NCBI GenBank assembly: GCA_033763535.1
Contig: JANRKI010000029.1
Location: 2,886-66,885 of the forward strand
Length of the DNA: 64,000 nucleotides
Source: Fimbriimonadaceae bacterium
GTDB lineage: Bacteria > Armatimonadota > Fimbriimonadia > Fimbriimonadales > Fimbriimonadaceae
Reading direction: 5' to 3'
Shown piece by piece: positions 9,672 to 19,199 of the stretch. A program made the position numbers and the translations under genes. The first letter of the stretch is position 1. Every line of letters begins with the position of its first letter. The notes below the pieces were generated by a model. That model was not told the DNA's origin, did no database searches, and worked only from the letters and a program-made list of their open reading frames with translations.

Positions 9672-10268
9672 ATGACCGCGTTCGCCCAGGCCTGCGCCGA
9701 GCACGCCGCCCTGCTGGAGAAGTTGGGCGCGCTGGAGGAGGTGGTGACGTACGTGGGTGAGGCACTCGCGACGGCGATTTCGCGAGGCAACAAGGTCATG
9801 CTCATCGGGAACGGCGGTTCGGCGACGGATGCGGACCACTTGGCGGCGGAGTTTACGGGCCGGTTTCAGATGGACCGGGCGGGCATGCCGGCGATGGCCC
9901 TCACCACGAGCGCGGCGGCACTGACCGCCATCGCGAACGATTACGGGTACGAATCGGTATTCGAGCGACAGGTGGAGGCGTTCGGCGTGCCCGGCGACGT
10001 GCTCATCGCGATCTCGACGAGCGGGAATAGCGAGAGCGTGAATCGCGCGGTGGCGTTGGCGCGGGATCGCGAGATCGTCACGGTGGCGTTGACTGGGCGC
10101 GATGGCGGCACGCTAGCGCGGTTGGCCGAGATTATCGTGTTGGTTCCGGGAGACGTGACGGCCCGGATTCAGGAGATGCACCTGCTGATCGGGCACACGT
10201 GGTGCGATACGGTGGAGCGGGCGCTCTTTGGTCCCGCGGCCGACGACGGGGCGCAGGACCAATCCTGA
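9672..10268 (+). CDS. gmhA: Phosphoheptose (sedoheptulose-7-phosphate) isomerase
   Basis: GNGGSATDADHLAAEF, AIANDYGYESVFERQ, STSGNS, ARIQEMH. Confidence 0.93.
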   Translation: MTAFAQACAEHAALLEKLGALEEVVTYVGEALATAISRGNKVMLIGNGGSATDADHLAAEFTGRFQMDRAGMPAMALTTSAAALTAIANDYGYESVFERQVEAFGVPGDVLIAISTSGNSESVNRAVALARDREIVTVALTGRDGGTLARLAEIIVLVPGDVTARIQEMHLLIGHTWCDTVERALFGPAADDGAQDQS

Positions 10269-11050
10269 TGCCGCGCCGCAAGTGGAATCCGAACGCGATC
10301 GCCACGATGCTGGCGGACCTGGAGGGGTTGTACGGATCGAGCCGGTTCATCCCGCGATTCTCGCCGATGGATGAGCTCGTGTCGTGCATGCTGAGCCAGC
10401 ACACGACGGACGTGAACTCGTTTCCGGCGTTTACGCGGCTGCTGGAGCGATTTGGGACGTATGAGATGATCGCGCGGGCGCCGGTCGATACGATCGCGGA
10501 AACGATTCGGGGGGCGGGGCTGGCGAATTCGAAGGCCAAGCATCTGCGCGCGACGCTCGGACAGATTGGGGAGCGGTTCGGGGAGATCACCCTGGAGCCG
10601 TTGCGGTGGTTTCGCACGGAGGCGGCGCGGGATTGGTTGACCGAGCTCCCCGGGGTCGGCCCGAAGACGGCGAGCATCGTGCTGTGCTTCGCGTTCGGCC
10701 GAGAATCCATCCCGGTGGATACGCACGTGTTTCGGGTGGGTTGGCGGCTCGGCCTGTTTCCGGAACGGATGGGGGAGGTGCGGGCGCACGATGCGCTGCT
10801 GAAGCTGGTGCCGGCGGAGCACGCGTTTGCGTTCCACACTTTGTTGATTCAGCACGGGCGCATGACGTGCCGGGCGCCGTTGCCGAACTGCGAGCGGTGC
10901 CCTCTGACGGATCGGTGCGCGTACTGGCGAAGCGACGGTCCGGGCAAGCGAGCGCGTGCTTTGGCGAGGTCCCGGAAGCGTTCGGCGGCCAAACGTCCGG
11001 CGGCCAATCGTTCGGCGAGTCGGGAACAAGGGAGGTCTGCCACGCCATGA
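10268..11050 (+). CDS. nth: Endonuclease III (HhH-GPD, 4Fe-4S)
   Basis: LPGVGPKTA HhH, PVDTHVFRV, C-x6-C-x2-C-x5-C cluster CRAPLPNCERCPLTDRC; start overlaps the gmhA stop. Confidence 0.9.
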   Translation: MPRRKWNPNAIATMLADLEGLYGSSRFIPRFSPMDELVSCMLSQHTTDVNSFPAFTRLLERFGTYEMIARAPVDTIAETIRGAGLANSKAKHLRATLGQIGERFGEITLEPLRWFRTEAARDWLTELPGVGPKTASIVLCFAFGRESIPVDTHVFRVGWRLGLFPERMGEVRAHDALLKLVPAEHAFAFHTLLIQHGRMTCRAPLPNCERCPLTDRCAYWRSDGPGKRARALARSRKRSAAKRPAANRSASREQGRSATP

Positions 11051-13614
11051 GTGCAGTGGCCGAGCGGATCGAAGGGTTGGTTCATGCGCCGGGCGGATGG
11101 CTCGGGCCGATCGCTGCGCGCACGGTGGATCCGGAAGGAGCGTTGGCGGCGACCGAGACCTGGCTCGCCGGTAGCGGTTCGCCGCGACTTTATGCCGAGG
11201 AGCTGTACCGTCAGCCGGACGGCACCTTCCGGCTGCTGGACCTGTTTGCCGCGTGTCCGGTGGTGGGCCAAGGGTTGGTGCAGAACCCGGAGATTGCCCT
11301 CACGATTCTGGATGACACGGAGCACCGGCGGCCGTTTGATCCGGCGGCGGTATTGGCAGAAGGCGAGCAACTCCTGCGGAACGCCTCGAATTACCGGCAC
11401 GGGCTGGACCGGGTGCGGTTTTTGAAGCAGCGTTGGACGGCGCACATTGTCTCACACGACCTCCGGGCAGATTGGGATCAGCCGCAGGTGTGGCGTGCGC
11501 TGAGCGACTTGGCGGACGTCGTGATGACCTTGCTGCACCGATGGGTGTGGCACGCCGGGGTGGGAATGACGCGGCGCGAGGACGCCTGCCCGGTGCTGGT
11601 GGTGGCGTTTGGCAAGCACGGAGGTCGCGAGGTGAACTACAGCAGCGACCTTGACCTGGTGTACGTGGCTCCGGACGAACTGGACGACGCGACGATGACG
11701 CTGGGGACGCGGTTCTGTGAGGCCTTCGGGCGGGCACTGGAGGAGCCGATGGGCCGCGGCTTGCTGTACCGAGTGGACCTGCGTCTGCGTCCGTACGGCG
11801 GAACCGGGCCGATTCTGAACAAGCTCCGGGCGTTTGTGGCGTACTACGATCTCTACGCCGAGGCGTGGGAAGTGCAGGCGCTGCTGCGGTCGCGCCCGAT
11901 CATCGGTCCGGAGGCGTTGCATCCGGCATGGCGAGGCCTGCGCGAGCGGACGTGTTTTCGGCGGACGGTGAGCGAGTTCACCCTGGACGAGATGCGCAAG
12001 ATGCGTGAGCGCATCGATGAGATGGCGGAGCCAAACGACATCAAGCGGTCGCGCGGCGGGATTCGCGACATTGAATTCGCGACGCAGATTTGGCAGTTGG
12101 TCCACCGGGTGGACGAGGTGGAGACGACGTTGGACACGTTGCGGCGGTTGGAGGCGGTCGGTGCCTTGCCGACTTCGACGGTGGCAACGTTTAGCGAGCA
12201 TTACACGTGGCTGCGGAAGCTCGAGCATCGCATCCAGTTTGAGTCGAACCGTCAGACGCACTGCGTTCCTTCGGCGGAGGAATCGAAGCGGCGGCTGGCG
12301 GTGCTGATGGGTTACGCAGACGCGCCGGCGTTTGATGCGGACCTCGCGCGTCGTCGCGAGACGATCGGGCGTCTGTACGCGGATATGGTCGAGGCCCCGG
12401 GCAAGAGCGATCGGCTGGCGGTGCTGGCGTTGGTGCCCGAGGCGGCGTCTTGGCTGGACGGTCTGCCCGATCCGGACGCGTTTTACGCCACGCTCCGCTC
12501 GAATCGGGACAGTTTGGAGCGGATTCAGACGCTGGTTTGGTCGTTCCCGGCCTCCATCCCGCTGTTGCGGGCGAGCATTCCGCTGACGGAGGCGGTGATA
12601 AGCGGCGAGGTGGAGGAGGATTGGTCGGGGGCCGAGGATTACGCCACGATGCGCGCGGGGACGCTGCGGGACCGGTTTGGACACGCGGTGATCCGGCACG
12701 CGCTGGATCCGGGGGGCGACTTGGCCGGCGATTTGTCGGACATGGCGGACGCGACGCTGCGGTCGGCAGCGGTTCAGGCGGAGTACCCGGGGTGGATTGT
12801 TGCGTTGGGGAGCCTGGGGCGGCGCGACATGGGGCCGCAATCGGACGCGGATATCGTGTTGCTGGTGGACGGCGCGCAGACCTCGGCGGAGGCCCGGGCG
12901 AGCGAGATGCTGCGATTGATCTCAGACTGGCGGCGGGAGGGGATGCCGTTGGGCGGCGATGTTCGGCTGCGGCCCGACGGAGGCAAGGGGCTGCTGGTGC
13001 GGAGTTTTCGGGCGTTGGCGGGATACGCGACGGAGGGCATGGAGGATTGGGAGCGGTTTGCGCTGGGCCACGCACGGGTCATCGTCGGGGATGCGGCGAG
13101 GCTGGCGGATGTCCTGAGCTGCACGCTGATCGAGTCGGATCGGTCGACGCGATTGGCGGAACTTCTGAAGATGAAGCGGCGGATCGAGACGGAGCGGGTT
13201 CCGCCGCACCACGTTTGGCGCGACGTCAAGCTGGGGCATGGCAGTCTGAGCGATATCGAGTGGACCGTGCGGCTGATCGAGATGTTTGCGGGGGCGGCGC
13301 GGCGTCCGGAAGATTCGCCCGAACTGCGGGCGCGCATTCGGCGGCTGGTGGATCGGCGGTTGCTGACCGTGATGGAGTCGGAACCATTGCAATCGGCCCT
13401 GGGGTACCTGCAAGAGATGCGGTTCTCGGTTTGGGCCGCCGGGTTTGGCTCGGAGGTACTGCCGGAGAATCCGGCCAAGCTGGGGCTGCTGGCGGATCGG
13501 CTGGGCGGCAAGGACGGCAATGACGTGCTGGAGCGGCATCGGCAGGTGGCGGAAACCGTGCGACGCATCTACCTGGACACGGTGGCGCGGCTGACCGAGG
13601 AGGTGCGGGCGTGA
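11047..13614 (+). CDS. glnE: Glutamine synthetase adenylyltransferase/adenylyl-removing enzyme
   Basis: Two nucleotidyltransferase domains: GKHGGREVNYSSDLDL...YRVDLRLRPYG...DIKRSRGGIRDIEF and GSLGRRDMGPQSDADI...DVRLRPDG...DVKLGHGSLSDIEW. Confidence 0.92.
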   Translation: MSAVAERIEGLVHAPGGWLGPIAARTVDPEGALAATETWLAGSGSPRLYAEELYRQPDGTFRLLDLFAACPVVGQGLVQNPEIALTILDDTEHRRPFDPAAVLAEGEQLLRNASNYRHGLDRVRFLKQRWTAHIVSHDLRADWDQPQVWRALSDLADVVMTLLHRWVWHAGVGMTRREDACPVLVVAFGKHGGREVNYSSDLDLVYVAPDELDDATMTLGTRFCEAFGRALEEPMGRGLLYRVDLRLRPYGGTGPILNKLRAFVAYYDLYAEAWEVQALLRSRPIIGPEALHPAWRGLRERTCFRRTVSEFTLDEMRKMRERIDEMAEPNDIKRSRGGIRDIEFATQIWQLVHRVDEVETTLDTLRRLEAVGALPTSTVATFSEHYTWLRKLEHRIQFESNRQTHCVPSAEESKRRLAVLMGYADAPAFDADLARRRETIGRLYADMVEAPGKSDRLAVLALVPEAASWLDGLPDPDAFYATLRSNRDSLERIQTLVWSFPASIPLLRASIPLTEAVISGEVEEDWSGAEDYATMRAGTLRDRFGHAVIRHALDPGGDLAGDLSDMADATLRSAAVQAEYPGWIVALGSLGRRDMGPQSDADIVLLVDGAQTSAEARASEMLRLISDWRREGMPLGGDVRLRPDGGKGLLVRSFRALAGYATEGMEDWERFALGHARVIVGDAARLADVLSCTLIESDRSTRLAELLKMKRRIETERVPPHHVWRDVKLGHGSLSDIEWTVRLIEMFAGAARRPEDSPELRARIRRLVDRRLLTVMESEPLQSALGYLQEMRFSVWAAGFGSEVLPENPAKLGLLADRLGGKDGNDVLERHRQVAETVRRIYLDTVARLTEEVRA

Positions 13615-14249
13615 GTTGGGAGCTTTACGCCGCGCTGCTTTTCGCGTCGTTCTGGCTGGGCAGCGTGCCGTTTGGGCTGTTGGTGGCGAAGGCGAAAGGG
13701 GTGGATATCCGCAAGGTCGGAAGCGGAAACATCGGGGCGACGAACGTGAAGCGGGCGTTGGGAGACCGGTATTTTTACTTGGTGTTCGCGCTCGACATGC
13801 TGAAGGGTTTGGTGCCGAGTCTGGTGGCCCGCGGCTGGATTCAGGCGCCGTACGCCGGGATTGATCCGCCGGTGTGGTGGTTCTTGGCCGGATTTATGGC
13901 GGTGCTGGGGCACGCGTTCAGCCCGTTCTTGGGGTTCAAGGGCGGGAAGGGGGTTTCGACTGCGATGGGGGCGGGGCTGGGAGCGGTGCCCTTGGTGGCC
14001 CTCAGTTGCTTCGGCGTGTTCGCGCTGGTGCTGTTCGCGTCCCAATTTATGGCGGTGGCGAGCATGGTCGGCATTGCGACGTCGCTGATTTTTGGGGCGG
14101 TGTATCCGAACGAAAGTCGTCAGATGCTGACTCTCTACCTTATACTAGCGGCGGGCGTCATCGCGCTCCATCGCAAAAACATCCAGCGATTGCGCGCGGG
14201 GACGGAACCTCGGTTCCGGCTCGGACGATCCAAAACGACAGAATCATGA
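13611..14249 (+). CDS. plsY: Glycerol-3-phosphate acyltransferase
   Basis: GSVPFG, DIRKVGSGNIGATN, GHAFSPFLGFKGGKGVST, HRKNIQRL. Confidence 0.95.
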   Translation: MSWELYAALLFASFWLGSVPFGLLVAKAKGVDIRKVGSGNIGATNVKRALGDRYFYLVFALDMLKGLVPSLVARGWIQAPYAGIDPPVWWFLAGFMAVLGHAFSPFLGFKGGKGVSTAMGAGLGAVPLVALSCFGVFALVLFASQFMAVASMVGIATSLIFGAVYPNESRQMLTLYLILAAGVIALHRKNIQRLRAGTEPRFRLGRSKTTES

Positions 14250-15037
14250 GAGAAGTTGACCTAATCAGTGCCGCGGTGGGTTGCCTCGCGTGGATACCGG
14301 TCGCGTTCATGATCATGTCGTTTGTGCAGTGGATGATCGCCGGCGACGTGGACTTTGTCACCGGGTTGTTCGGCATCTTCGTGGGGCTAGGTCTGGGGTT
14401 TGTGGCGATGCGACCGCCGATTCCGATCCTGGCGCCGGTGGCGTTGTTTGTGGCGCTGTGCACGGTATTGGCTTATCCATTTGTCCGGCTGATGCTGGAC
14501 CGGCGGGACCGGAAAAGCTTTGAAGTGGAGGAGTTGGAGCGGGCGTACGCCTTGCTGGGTCAGCAACCGCGAAACCCACTGGCGAAGTTTCGGATTGCCA
14601 AGTGCATCTCGATCATGGGGATGCCGGGGCCGGCCTACAAGGTGGCCGAATCGGTCATGAACGAGCTTCCGCCGGAGCTGTTTGTGGACGAGCACCGGCA
14701 GTTTCGGAACTGGAAGCTCCAAGGTCTGACGCCAGCCGACCTGAAGGATGTGAGTTGCGTGGAATGCGGCCATCTGAATTCGCCGGAGCGCACGCACTGC
14801 TTTGAGTGCGGGAACCCGCACCTGCTGGATCGGGCGCGCGGGCGGGTGTTGCCGCGCAACCAGAGTCGGCGGCTGATGGCGGCGTGGATGGCACTGATCG
14901 CGGTGGCGGTAGGGCTGCCGACGGCAAGCGCGATGCCGCCCCTTTTCGCGGTGTTCTTCGTACTGACCTTGATCGTGATTACGGGTTTCGTGGTGTTTTC
15001 GGCGTTTCGCGATACGGGCTCGCAAGCGGCGGCTTAG
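14246..15037 (+). CDS. Hypothetical membrane protein with helical (TPR-like) segment and zinc ribbon
   Basis: Three N-terminal TMs, cytoplasmic helical part, CVECGHLNSPERTHCFECG, two C-terminal TMs; ATGA overlap with plsY. Confidence 0.75.
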   Translation: MREVDLISAAVGCLAWIPVAFMIMSFVQWMIAGDVDFVTGLFGIFVGLGLGFVAMRPPIPILAPVALFVALCTVLAYPFVRLMLDRRDRKSFEVEELERAYALLGQQPRNPLAKFRIAKCISIMGMPGPAYKVAESVMNELPPELFVDEHRQFRNWKLQGLTPADLKDVSCVECGHLNSPERTHCFECGNPHLLDRARGRVLPRNQSRRLMAAWMALIAVAVGLPTASAMPPLFAVFFVLTLIVITGFVVFSAFRDTGSQAAA

Positions 15038-15044
15038 AGGATCC

Positions 15045-16121
15045 GTGAAAAAGCTCGACCAGTACATCCTGCGGGAGATGCTGGTGCCCTTTATCACCGG
15101 CACATTCGTGGTTGTGTTGATGTTTCAGATCAACGCGTACATGTACATGGCCAAAACATACAACCTGGAGAACGTTCCGTTTTCCGCGGTAGTGCAGTAC
15201 ATTCTGTTTCGGACGCCGGAGTATCTGAAGATGACGTTGGTTGTCGGGACTTCGCTCGGGGCGAGTCTGGCGATGACGCGGTTGGCGCGGGAAAGCGAGA
15301 TTACGGCGATGCGGGCGGCGGGCGTTCGGATACTGCGCATCGTCTTCCCGTTGTTTTTGTTCGGTAACTTGGTGACGCTGGCCAATTACTTCTTGAGCGA
15401 GGCCCTGGTGCCAGACTGGACGAAACGGGCGAATGCCGTATTGGTGCAAAGCGGCATCATGGGCCTGAGTAAGCCCACCATGAAGGCGAATGCCATCATC
15501 GAGTTGGATCAGTACACGGCCTCATTCGGGACGGTTCGGCGGCTGGGCGAGTATCAGGTGGAGTTGAGCAACGTGGTGTTGCTGGAGCATATCGGAGCGC
15601 AAAAAGTGAGCGTGCTAATATCACCGACCGGTCGTTATGACCGCGGAGTTTGGCGGTTTTCGAACGCCACGCGCTACGAGTTTGATGGGCCCGATCTGCT
15701 GGTGATGGAGTCGAAAGAGATCGTCATTAATCAGAAGATCGTGATTGATAGTTTCCTCGGTGGTTCGGGGCAGAACGCGGAGCGGTCGATTGCCGAGCTG
15801 CAGGAGGCGATCGATTCCGCGCGGAAGATTGGATCGGACCCGCGGCGAGACGAGATTGAGCTGCAATCGCGTTACAGCGTGCCGGTAGCGTGCGCAGTTT
15901 TCAGCTTGGTGTCGCCGGTGTTTGCGCTGCTGTTTGCGCGGAGCGGCGGATTTATCGGGGTATTGGTGAGCTTCGTCGTGGTGCTCTTGTACTACAACGC
16001 GTTTGTGATTTCGACGGAGATTTTAGGGCGTTACCCGGCGGTTCCGGTATGGGTAGCGGCCTGGGGGCCCGACCTTTTGTTCGCGATTGCGGCGGTCATT
16101 GCGTTACGGAAGCTGGAATGA
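15045..16121 (+). CDS. LptF/LptG family LPS export permease
   Basis: MKKLDQYILRE..PF, RLARESEITAMRAAG, central beta-jellyroll region, three C-terminal TMs, AAWGPDLLF. Confidence 0.9.
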   Translation: MKKLDQYILREMLVPFITGTFVVVLMFQINAYMYMAKTYNLENVPFSAVVQYILFRTPEYLKMTLVVGTSLGASLAMTRLARESEITAMRAAGVRILRIVFPLFLFGNLVTLANYFLSEALVPDWTKRANAVLVQSGIMGLSKPTMKANAIIELDQYTASFGTVRRLGEYQVELSNVVLLEHIGAQKVSVLISPTGRYDRGVWRFSNATRYEFDGPDLLVMESKEIVINQKIVIDSFLGGSGQNAERSIAELQEAIDSARKIGSDPRRDEIELQSRYSVPVACAVFSLVSPVFALLFARSGGFIGVLVSFVVVLLYYNAFVISTEILGRYPAVPVWVAAWGPDLLFAIAAVIALRKLE

Positions 16122-18406
16122 GGGGCATGCTGGCGGGTGCCGCGTGGTCGCTGGGGACGATTGCGTTTACGCAGGTGATTCCTCCAATTAGCGGATTAGA
16201 AGCCGCGCGGGAACTGCGGAAGCGAAGTCCCTTTGAATTGCCGAGTAATCCGCCCTTACGAAATGCCGAAACCCGGGAGGTTCCGCCGGAGAAGGCGGAT
16301 GATCGGGAACTGGAGGTCATCCGGGCGGAGACGTTTACGCGGGATGGTCGGACCGTGCAGTTGCGCGGCGGGGCGGAGATTTTGTACCGCGGCTACCGTT
16401 GCTTTGCGGACGAGATTGACGGTGATCTTGATACCGAAATCTTCGTGATGCGCGGCAACGTGAAGGTGGTGGGGCGGGACGCCGTGATCTACGGCGAGAA
16501 GGTGACGTTCGATTTTCCGAAAGAGTCGTTTCGATCGGAACGCGGGAGTGGCCAGCTGAAACCGCAGTTTCTGAAGTCGCCGATTCGGGATGATCTGTTC
16601 GTTAAGTCGCGCGTATCGGAAGGGACAGAGCGCGATACGCATCACGAGAGCGGCCAACTTACGACGTGCAACCTGGGAGATGGTGCGCACTTCGAAATTG
16701 AGGCGGCAGACACGGTAGTCCGTACGAATACGCGCATTATCTTTCGGAAAGTGCGGCTGCGATTCTTCGACCGAACCGTGCTAACGTTGCCGTTTTTGTC
16801 GTTGCCGTTAGATGATGCGAAGAGTCGGTACACGCCGGATGTCGGACAAAGTCGGGACGAAGGGTATTACATCAAGAATCGTTTTGGCGTGCCGTCACGG
16901 CCGGATGATTCGCTGGTATCGCGCGTGGACTACATGTCTCGCCTAGGAAACGGTTTAGGCGGGGACTATACGTACCAGCGGAAAGGCTTCGACGGAAAGG
17001 CGAGCGTTTACGGCATCGTTGGCTCCGTGGGGACGCTGAACTTTAGCAATCAGCACCGCCAAAAGTGGGGCCGGAGCGAGTTCGCGATTCAGAACGATTA
17101 CCAGAAGGACAACTACCTGACGGCACCCGGTACGACGCTGCTGAACTCGAACTTGCAGTTGACCATCCCTCAGCGCACGGGGCAGAGCACGGTGACGTTT
17201 GCCCGCCAGCAATCGGACGTGCAGCAGGCAAGTTCGGTAAACGAAACGCTGACGTTATCCGATAACCGGACGTTCGGGCGATTGCGCACCAGCGGAAACT
17301 TTTCGTACTTGAACAGCCGGAACTCGTACCCCGGCGCGACGGAGTTTTCGAATGAGCAGCTGGACGTGCGGTTCCAGGCGAGTCAGGAGCTGCCGGCGTT
17401 CGGGGCGACACTCGAGTACCAGCGGGTGGTGCCGATTGGGGATAGCCCTTCGGTGTTTGGGAACGCAGACAAGACGCCAGTGCTCACCCTTACGAGTGAC
17501 GGGAATCGGATTCTGGGCAAGAAGCTCGGCGCGATCTACCCGTTTCGCACCTCGGCGAGTATCGGCGAATTTGGTGGATTGCGGGGCGAGCGGATCACGC
17601 GCAACATCTTCGATATTTCGATGGCGAAGAATGACGCGGCGGCGAAGCGGTTTCGGGTGGACTACACCGGTCAGTTTCGCCAAAGCGCGTACTCCGACGA
17701 CACCGCTCAGTACGTGGTGGGCGGCGGGCTTACGGCCAGCTATCGGCTGGGCGGAGATACCTCGGCAAACATCCGCTATAACTATCTGCGGCCAGAAGGT
17801 TACAGTCCGCTGCAACTTGACCGGACCGGGCGTAGCCATATTGCGACGGCGGATGTGTCGGTTCGTCCATTACGTAGTTTGCTGGTCGGCGCGCAAACAG
17901 GTTACGACTTTTTCCGAATCAAGACCAGCGACGTCGGGTGGCAGCAGGTCGGGTTACGGAGCGAGTACACGCCGACTTCGTGGTTCCAGGCGCGGGCGGT
18001 GAGTTCGTACGATACGATTAACCAGTTATGGAGCGGCGTTCGATTAGACTTTTCGTACCGGCCGGGGGCAACCTTGGTCACGTTAGGCGCGCGATACGAT
18101 GGGTTCCAACGCCGGTGGAGCGACGCAAATCTATTCGTCAACAATTTGAAGTGGGGACGGACGCGGCTGAGTGCGGTGCTGACCTACAACGGATTCACCA
18201 AAACGATTGATGCGGCGCAGTACTCCGCAATTTACGATCTGCACTGCTGGGAAGCGGTGATCTCGGTTACGGAGTTTCGGACCGGCTTTCGTCCGGGGCG
18301 TGAGGTCCAGTTTTTCGTGCGGCTCAAGGCGTTCCCAACGGACTCGCTCTTCGGCATTGGTCGCCGGGGGCAGTCGGTGGGCAACGGCGTCGGCTACGGC
18401 TTCTAA
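16118..18406 (+). CDS. lptD: LptD-like outer-membrane assembly beta-barrel
   Basis: N-terminal OstA-like jellyroll, LTTCN...HFEIEA, FFDRTVLTLPF, alternating beta-strands, C-terminal aromatic residue; follows lptF/G. Confidence 0.8.
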   Translation: MRGMLAGAAWSLGTIAFTQVIPPISGLEAARELRKRSPFELPSNPPLRNAETREVPPEKADDRELEVIRAETFTRDGRTVQLRGGAEILYRGYRCFADEIDGDLDTEIFVMRGNVKVVGRDAVIYGEKVTFDFPKESFRSERGSGQLKPQFLKSPIRDDLFVKSRVSEGTERDTHHESGQLTTCNLGDGAHFEIEAADTVVRTNTRIIFRKVRLRFFDRTVLTLPFLSLPLDDAKSRYTPDVGQSRDEGYYIKNRFGVPSRPDDSLVSRVDYMSRLGNGLGGDYTYQRKGFDGKASVYGIVGSVGTLNFSNQHRQKWGRSEFAIQNDYQKDNYLTAPGTTLLNSNLQLTIPQRTGQSTVTFARQQSDVQQASSVNETLTLSDNRTFGRLRTSGNFSYLNSRNSYPGATEFSNEQLDVRFQASQELPAFGATLEYQRVVPIGDSPSVFGNADKTPVLTLTSDGNRILGKKLGAIYPFRTSASIGEFGGLRGERITRNIFDISMAKNDAAAKRFRVDYTGQFRQSAYSDDTAQYVVGGGLTASYRLGGDTSANIRYNYLRPEGYSPLQLDRTGRSHIATADVSVRPLRSLLVGAQTGYDFFRIKTSDVGWQQVGLRSEYTPTSWFQARAVSSYDTINQLWSGVRLDFSYRPGATLVTLGARYDGFQRRWSDANLFVNNLKWGRTRLSAVLTYNGFTKTIDAAQYSAIYDLHCWEAVISVTEFRTGFRPGREVQFFVRLKAFPTDSLFGIGRRGQSVGNGVGYGF

Positions 18407-19188
18407 CTACTGGCGCTGCTGTAGCTCCGCAGCGCGTACCGCCAAAAGCTGCGGGCCGCGATAAAGGCGACGAGCGCGTAAACCAAGCTGAGGCCAAGGT
18501 GGAGCGGGTCGAATTCCCGCACGAGCTGGCGCGTTGGAAGGGTAGCCAAGAAGCCCAGCGGCACGCCATAGATCAGTACTCGCTGGACGAAAATGGAGTA
18601 AATGTCGAGCGGGTAGCGGGCGACTTCGCTGACCGTTTCGCTGAGAATGAAGAGGTTGTCCACCCGTACAAACCAGATGCCCGTGGACATCAGGGCGAGA
18701 TTAAACGAGTAGAAGATGATGAGGGCGGCGACGAGCATGATGCTCCAAGCGATCCACTGGGCGGGGCCGGGAGCGAGCTCTGCCGTGATCACGCCGTACA
18801 CCATCATTCCGATTCCGGCGAAAAAGCTACCGATCTGGTCGAAGTTAAAACGTCTCAGGCTGATCCAGTACTGGGAATCCACCGGTTTGGTGAGCACGAA
18901 ATCGAGCGTGCCTTGGCGAACTTGGCTCGGGATTTCGCCCAGGGAACTAAACAATAACTGCGAGAGCGAACTCATGAGGAACATGGACGCTCCGAGCATG
19001 AACGCTTCGCCGCGGTTCCACCCGGCCACGTCCTTCGTATTGCCGTAGATGACGAGGAGAATCAGGACAAAGAAGACGATCCAGACGGCATTTTGCAGAA
19101 TTTTCGCGATGAAGTTCGCCCGAAACTCTAGCTCTCGTTGCAGCGAGCTTCGGAGGAAGGTCGCATAGATTCGGGCGTAACGCGGCAT
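18403..19188 (-). CDS. ABC-2 family (DUF990-like) permease
   Basis: LEFRANF, GWNRGE, VRQGTLDFVLTKPVD, YPLDIY, ends YSSASS. Confidence 0.85.
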   Translation of the reverse strand: MPRYARIYATFLRSSLQRELEFRANFIAKILQNAVWIVFFVLILLVIYGNTKDVAGWNRGEAFMLGASMFLMSSLSQLLFSSLGEIPSQVRQGTLDFVLTKPVDSQYWISLRRFNFDQIGSFFAGIGMMVYGVITAELAPGPAQWIAWSIMLVAALIIFYSFNLALMSTGIWFVRVDNLFILSETVSEVARYPLDIYSIFVQRVLIYGVPLGFLATLPTRQLVREFDPLHLGLSLVYALVAFIAARSFWRYALRSYSSASS

Positions 19189-19199
19189 GGCAGAAACGG

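Noticed and set aside
10606-11046. N-terminal extension of GlnE in the ORF track
   Set aside because: It overlaps nth in another frame; the ATGA overlap at 11047 is the natural start.
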